From assembly GCF_009914755.1 (NCBI RefSeq), contig NC_060937.1: a DNA stretch of 64,000 bases; one strand, given 5' to 3'. Below are positions 55,244 through 64,000 of the stretch, piece after piece. The translations under genes were made by a program, and so were the position numbers. A model generated the notes under the pieces. That model worked only from the letters and a program-made list of their open reading frames with translations, did not search any database and was not told where the DNA came from. This stretch comes from the human T2T-CHM13v2.0 reference genome, Homo sapiens. The stretch's first letter is position 1, and every line of letters begins with the position of its first letter.

Positions 55244-55388
55244 CCCTTTCCTTTCCTTTCCTTTCCTTTCCTTTTTCCTTTCCTCTTTCCTTTCCTCTTT
55301 CCTTTCCCTTTCCCTTTCCCTTTCCCTTTCCCTTTTCCTTTTCCTTTTCCTTTCCTTTCCTTCCTTTCCTTTCCTTTCCTTTCCTTCT
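55244..55388. repeat. (TTTCC)n/(TTTCCC)n pure polypyrimidine tract
   Basis: About 145 nt containing only C and T. Confidence 0.95.
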
Positions 55389-56728
55389 AAATTGCCTTGG
55401 CTAAAACCTCTAGAACGACATTGAATAAAATTGACAAGAGTGAACATACCTATTTGTTCCTGATCTTAGGGTAAAACATCCAGTTATTCACCATTAACTA
55501 TGGTGTTAGCTCTGAGCTTTTTTCATGGATTTCCTTTATCAGATTGAGGAAGCTCCATTCCGCTCTTAGTTTGTGAAGTGCTTTCATCATGGAAAGGTGC
55601 TGGGTTTTGTCAAATGCTTTTCTGCATGTATTGAGATGCTCACATGGTTTTTGTTTTTCATTCTATTGATATGATATATTGTATTAGTTGATTTTCAGAT
55701 GTTAAACTTTGTATTCCTGGTATGAATTCTACTTTGTCATGGTGTATAAATCTTTTTTTCTGTTGCTGTATTTGACTTGTTAGCATTTTATGCAGGGCTT
55801 TTGTATCCTTATTCATAAGAGATATTGGTCTGTAGTTTTCTTGTCTAGTTTTGATATCAGGGTAATACTGGCCTCATAGAATAAGATGGGGAGTGTTCCC
55901 TCCCATTTTATTATTTTTGGAAAAGTTTGTGAAGATTCGTTATTAATTCTTCTTTAAATATTTGATGGAATTCATCAGTAAAGCCATCTGCCCCTGGTCC
56001 CCTCTTTGTGGGTAGTTTTTTGATTACTAATTTAATTTCTCTACTTGTTATAGATCTATTCACATTGTCTATTTCTTCTTGAGTCAGTTTTGGTACCTTA
56101 TATCTTTCTATAAATTTTTCTACTTTATCTATTTTTCCCAACTTAATGTTATACAACTGTTCCTAGTATTCCTTTTTAATCCCTTTTATTTCTGTATGAT
56201 CAGTAAAAATATCCTTTACTATTTCTGATTCTACTAATTTGAGTGTTCTCTTTTTTCCTTGATCAATCTAAATAATTGACAATTTTTTTGTATTTTTTTA
56301 AAGAACCAGCTTTTGATTTTGTTGATTTTTTTCTATTGTATTTGTATTCTGTATTTCATTAATTTTCACTTTAATATTTATGATTTTCTTCCTTCTATTT
56401 GCCTTAAGTTTAGTTTGCTCTTGTTTTTCCAGTACTTTAAATGGAAGATTATATTATTATTTTGAGATCTTTTTTGTTTTTTAACATAGGTATCTACAGG
56501 TGTAATTTTTCCCTGAAACCCTGCTTTAGTTATATCCCATAAGTTTTAATATGTTGTGTCTTCATTTTAACTCATTATGAAGTTTTTTCTAATTATTGCT
56601 TTTTTCTTTGACACGTTTGTTGATTTCCAAATATTTGTGTATTTCCAAAATTTGTTATTGACTTCTAATTTTATTCCATTGTGATTAGAGATTATACTTT
56701 GTATTATGTCTATCTTTTTGAATTTATT

Positions 56729-57136
56729 TATTTTTAAACTTTTATTTCAGGTTTGGGGGTACATGTGAAGGTTTGTTAATAGGTAAACTCAGGTTTACCT
56801 CTGGTTTCTTATATAGGTAAACACCAGGGTTTGTTGTACAAATTATTTAATCACCCAGGTATTAAGCCCAGTACCCAATAGTTATATTTTTGTGCTCTTC
56901 CCCTTCCTCCCACTCTCTACCCTCAAGTAGACCAAAGTGTCTGTTGTTTCCTTCTTTGTGTTCATAAGTTCTCATCATTTAGCTCCCACTTAAAAGTAAG
57001 AACATGCAAAATTTGGTTTTTTGTTCCTGTGTTAGTTTGCTAAGTCCAGCCCCATCCATGTTCCTGCAAAAGACGTGATCTCATTCTTTTTTATGGTTGT
57101 GTAGTATTCCATGGTATATATGTACCACATTTTCTT
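56729..57136 (-). mobile_element. L1PA15/16-like 3'UTR, left arm of the host of the full-length L1
   Basis: gggggtacatgtgaaggtttg, atcacccaggtattaagcccagtacccaatagtta, catcatttagctcccact. Confidence 0.8.
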
Positions 57137-57372
57137 CTTTTTATTCTTTTTTTTAAAATTTTATTATTATTATACTTTAAGTTTTAGGGTACATGTGCAC
57201 AATGTGCAGGTTAGTTACACATGTATACATGTGCCATGCTGGTGTGCTGCACCCATTAACTCCTCATTTAGCATTAGGTATATCTCCTAATGCTATCCCT
57301 CCCCCTCCCCCCACCCCACGACAGTCCCCAGAGTGTGATGTTCCCCTTCCTGTGTCCATGTGTTCTCATTGT

Positions 57373-61215
<3,843 letters not shown>

Positions 61216-61263
61216 TTATTTTGCTCGTTAGTTGATGCAGTTTCTTCCTAGCCTCAATGGTCT

Positions 61264-62280
61264 TTACAATTTGGCATGATTTTGCAGTGGCTGGTACTGG
61301 TTTTTCCTTTCCATGTTTAGTGCTTCCTTCATGAGCTCTTTTAGGGCAGGCCTGGTGGTGACAAAATCTCTCAGCATTTGTTTGTCTGTAAAGGATTTTA
61401 TTTCTCCTTCACTTATGAAGCTTCGTTTGGCTGGATATGAAATTCTGGGTTGAAAATTCTTTTCTTTAAGAATGTTGAATATTGGCCCCCACTCTCTTCT
61501 GGCTTGTAGAGTTTCTGCCGAGAGATCCGCTGTTAGTCTGATGGGCTTCCCTTTGTGGGTAACCCGACCTTTCTCTCTGGCTGCCCTTAACATTTTTTCC
61601 TTCATTTCAACTTTGGTGAATCTGACAATTTTGTGTCTTGGAGTTGCTCTTCTCGAGGAGTATCTTTGTGGCGTTCTGTGTATTTCCTGAATCTGAATGT
61701 TGGCCTGCCTTGCTAGATTGGGGAAGTTCTCCTGGATAATATCCTGCAGAGTGTTTTCCAACTTGGTTCCATTCTCCCCATCACTTTCAGGTACACCAAT
61801 CAGATGTAGATTTCGTCTTTTCACATAGTCCCATATTTCTTGGAGGCTTTGTTTGTTTCTTTTTATTCTTTTTTCTCTAAACTTCCCTTCTCACTTCATT
61901 TCATTCATTTCATCTTCCATCACTGATACCCTTTCTTCCAGTTGATCGCATCGGCTCCTGAGGCTTCTGCATTCTGCACGTAGTTCTCGAGCCTTGGCTT
62001 TCAGCTCCATCAGCTCCTTTAAGCACTTCTCTGTATTGGTTATTCTAGTTATACATTTGTCTAAATTTTTTTCAAAGTTTTTGACTTCTTTGCCTTTGGT
62101 TTGAATTTCCTCCTGTAGCTCGGAGTACTTTGATCGTCTGAAGCCTTCTTCTCTCAACTTGTCAAAGTCATTCTCCGTCCAGCTTTGTTCCGTTGCTGGT
62201 GAGGAACTGCGTTCCTTTGGAGGAGGAGAGGCGCTCTGCTTTTTAGAGTTTCCAGTTTTTCTGCTCTGTTTTTTCCCCAT
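61264..62280 (-). pseudogene. L1 ORF1 (RNA-binding protein): 338 codons with one nonsense codon R130* at 61891-61893
   Basis: MGKKQSRKTGNSK start, coiled coil, REKG, ARREW and YPAK motifs; 1017-bp span, both pieces in frame. Confidence 0.95.
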
Positions 62281-63319
62281 CTTTGTGGTTTTATCTACTT
62301 TTGGTCTTTGATGATGGTGATGTACAGATGGGTTTTTGGTGTGGATGTCCTTTCTGTTTGTTAGTTTTCCTTCTAACAGACAGGACCCTCAGCTGCAGGT
62401 CTGTTGGAGTTTGCTAGAGGTCCACTCCAGACCCTGTTTGCCTGGGTACCAGCAGTGGTGGCTGCAGAACAGCGGATTTTCGTGAACCGCGAATGCTGCT
62501 GTCTGATCGTTCCTCTGGAAGTTTTGTCTCAGAGGAATACCCGGCCGTGTGAGGTGTCAGTCTGCCCCTACTGGGGGGTGCCTCCCAGTTAGGCTGCTCG
62601 GGGGTCAGGGGTCAGGAGTCAGGGACCCACTTGAGGAGGCAGTCTGCCCATTCTCAGATCTCCAGCTGCGTGCTGGGAGAACCACTGCTTTCTTCAAAGC
62701 TGTCAGACAGGGACATTTAAGTCTGCAGAGGTTACTGCTGTCTTTTTGTTTGTCTGTGCCCTGCCCCCAGAGGTGGAGCCTATAGAGGCAGGCAGGCCTC
62801 CTTGAGCTGTGGTGGGCTCCACCCAGTTGGAGCTTCCCAGCTGCTTTGTTTACCTCAGCAAGCCTGGGCAATGGCAGGCGCCCCTCCCCCAGCCTCGCTG
62901 CCGCCTTGCAGTTTGATCTCAGACTGCTGTGCTAGCAATCAGTGAGACTCCATGGGCGTAGGACCCTCCGAGCCATGTGCGGGATATAATCTCCTGGTGC
63001 GCTGTTTTTTAAGCCCGTCGGAAAAGCGCAGTATTAGGGTGGGAGTGGCCCGATTTTCCAGGTGCCGCCTGTCACCCCTTTCTTTGACTAGGAAAGGGAA
63101 CTCCCTGACCCCTTGCGCTTCCCGAGTGAGGCAATGCCTCGCCCTGCTTTGGCTCGCGCACGGTGCGCTGCACCCACTGTCCTGCACCCACTCTCTGGCA
63201 CTCCCTAGTGAGATGAACCCAGTACCTCAGATGGAAATGCAGAAATCACCTGTCTTCTGTGTCGCTCATGCTGGGAGCTGTAGACCGGAGTTCTTCCTAT
63301 TCTGCCATCTTGGGTCGTC
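62281..63319 (-). promoter_or_regulatory. L1 5'UTR internal promoter (sense leftward, antisense promoter rightward)
   Basis: CpG-richer ~1.04 kb; YY1-like CAAGATGGC at 63304-63312 (minus); long-form segment at 62409-62536. Confidence 0.85.
62871..62945 (+). pseudogene. L1 ORF0, truncated at codon 25 (TGA)
   Basis: Translates as MAGAPPPASLPPCSLISDCCASNQ*, the known ORF0 N-terminus. Confidence 0.85.
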
Positions 63320-64000
63320 CCACATTTTCTTTATCTGATCTGTCACTGATGAATATTTGGGTTGATTCCATGCCTTTGCTATTGTGAATAGTGCTGCGAT
63401 GAACATTTGCATTATGTATCTTTACATTATTTTATCTTTATGATAAAATAATTTATATTTCTCTGGGTATATACCCAGTAATGGAATGCTGGGTTGAATG
63501 GTAGTTCTGTTTTTAGCTTTTTGAGAAATACCATACTGCTTTCTACAATGGTTGAACTAATTTACACTCCCACCAACAGTGTATAAGTGTATTGCGTTTT
63601 CTCCGCAACCTTACCTGCATCTGTTATTTTTTGGCTTCTTAATAATAGCCATTCTGACTGATGTTAGATGGTATCTCATTGTGGTTTTCTCATTGCAGCC
63701 CTGTAGTATAGTTTGAAATTTGGTAATGTGATGCTTCCAGCTTTGTTCTTTATGCTTGATATTGCCTTGGCTATTCGGGCTCTTTTTGAATATGAATTTT
63801 AAAATAGTTTTTTCTAGTTCTGTGAAGCATGTCATTGGTAGTTTGATAGGAATTGCACTGAATCTATAAATTGCTTTGGGCAGTGTGGCCATTTTGATAA
63901 TATTGATTTTTCCTATTTATGAGCTTGGAATGTTTTTCTATTTGTTTGTGCCATCTCTGATTTCTTTGGATAGTGTTTTATTGTGATTTTAGTAGTAGAA
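63320..64000 (-). mobile_element. Right arm of the older L1PA15/16-like host, degenerate ORF2 3' part
   Basis: Resumes exactly after the TSD; [16 protein letters not shown] and [17 protein letters not shown] at 63611-63892. Confidence 0.85.

Noticed and set aside
55196-55447. Phe/Pro-rich and Lys/Arg/Glu-rich ORFs
   Set aside because: Translations of the (TTTCC)n tract

Overview
Primate (hominoid-like) nuclear DNA, AT-rich and dominated by retrotransposons; I recognise no host protein-coding exon and cannot name the locus. The main element is a full-length ~6.18 kb L1PA3/PA4-type LINE-1 on the minus strand (57137-63319, 12-bp TSD). Both ORFs have canonical length and no frameshift, but each carries one nonsense codon (ORF1 R130*, ORF2 W937*). 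ORF2 also has D600E in RT motif A, and the 5'UTR keeps the ~129-bp ZNF93-target segment. It is nested in an L1PA15/16-like element, itself inside an L1MB-like element. Elsewhere are older L1M elements, nine Alu-family copies (eight dimeric Alus and one free monomer), solo LTRs (MER52, MER54-like, MLT1), DNA transposons (MER33, Tigger2a, MER94), MIR/L2 relics and microsatellites. All long L1s are on the minus strand, which suggests an intron of a plus-strand gene. A few repeat-free islands carry plus-strand splice and regulatory motifs. I found no convincing new biological system; the findings are structural oddities and testable regulatory or splicing hypotheses. Subfamily names come from recalled consensus sequences and need Dfam/RepeatMasker confirmation.
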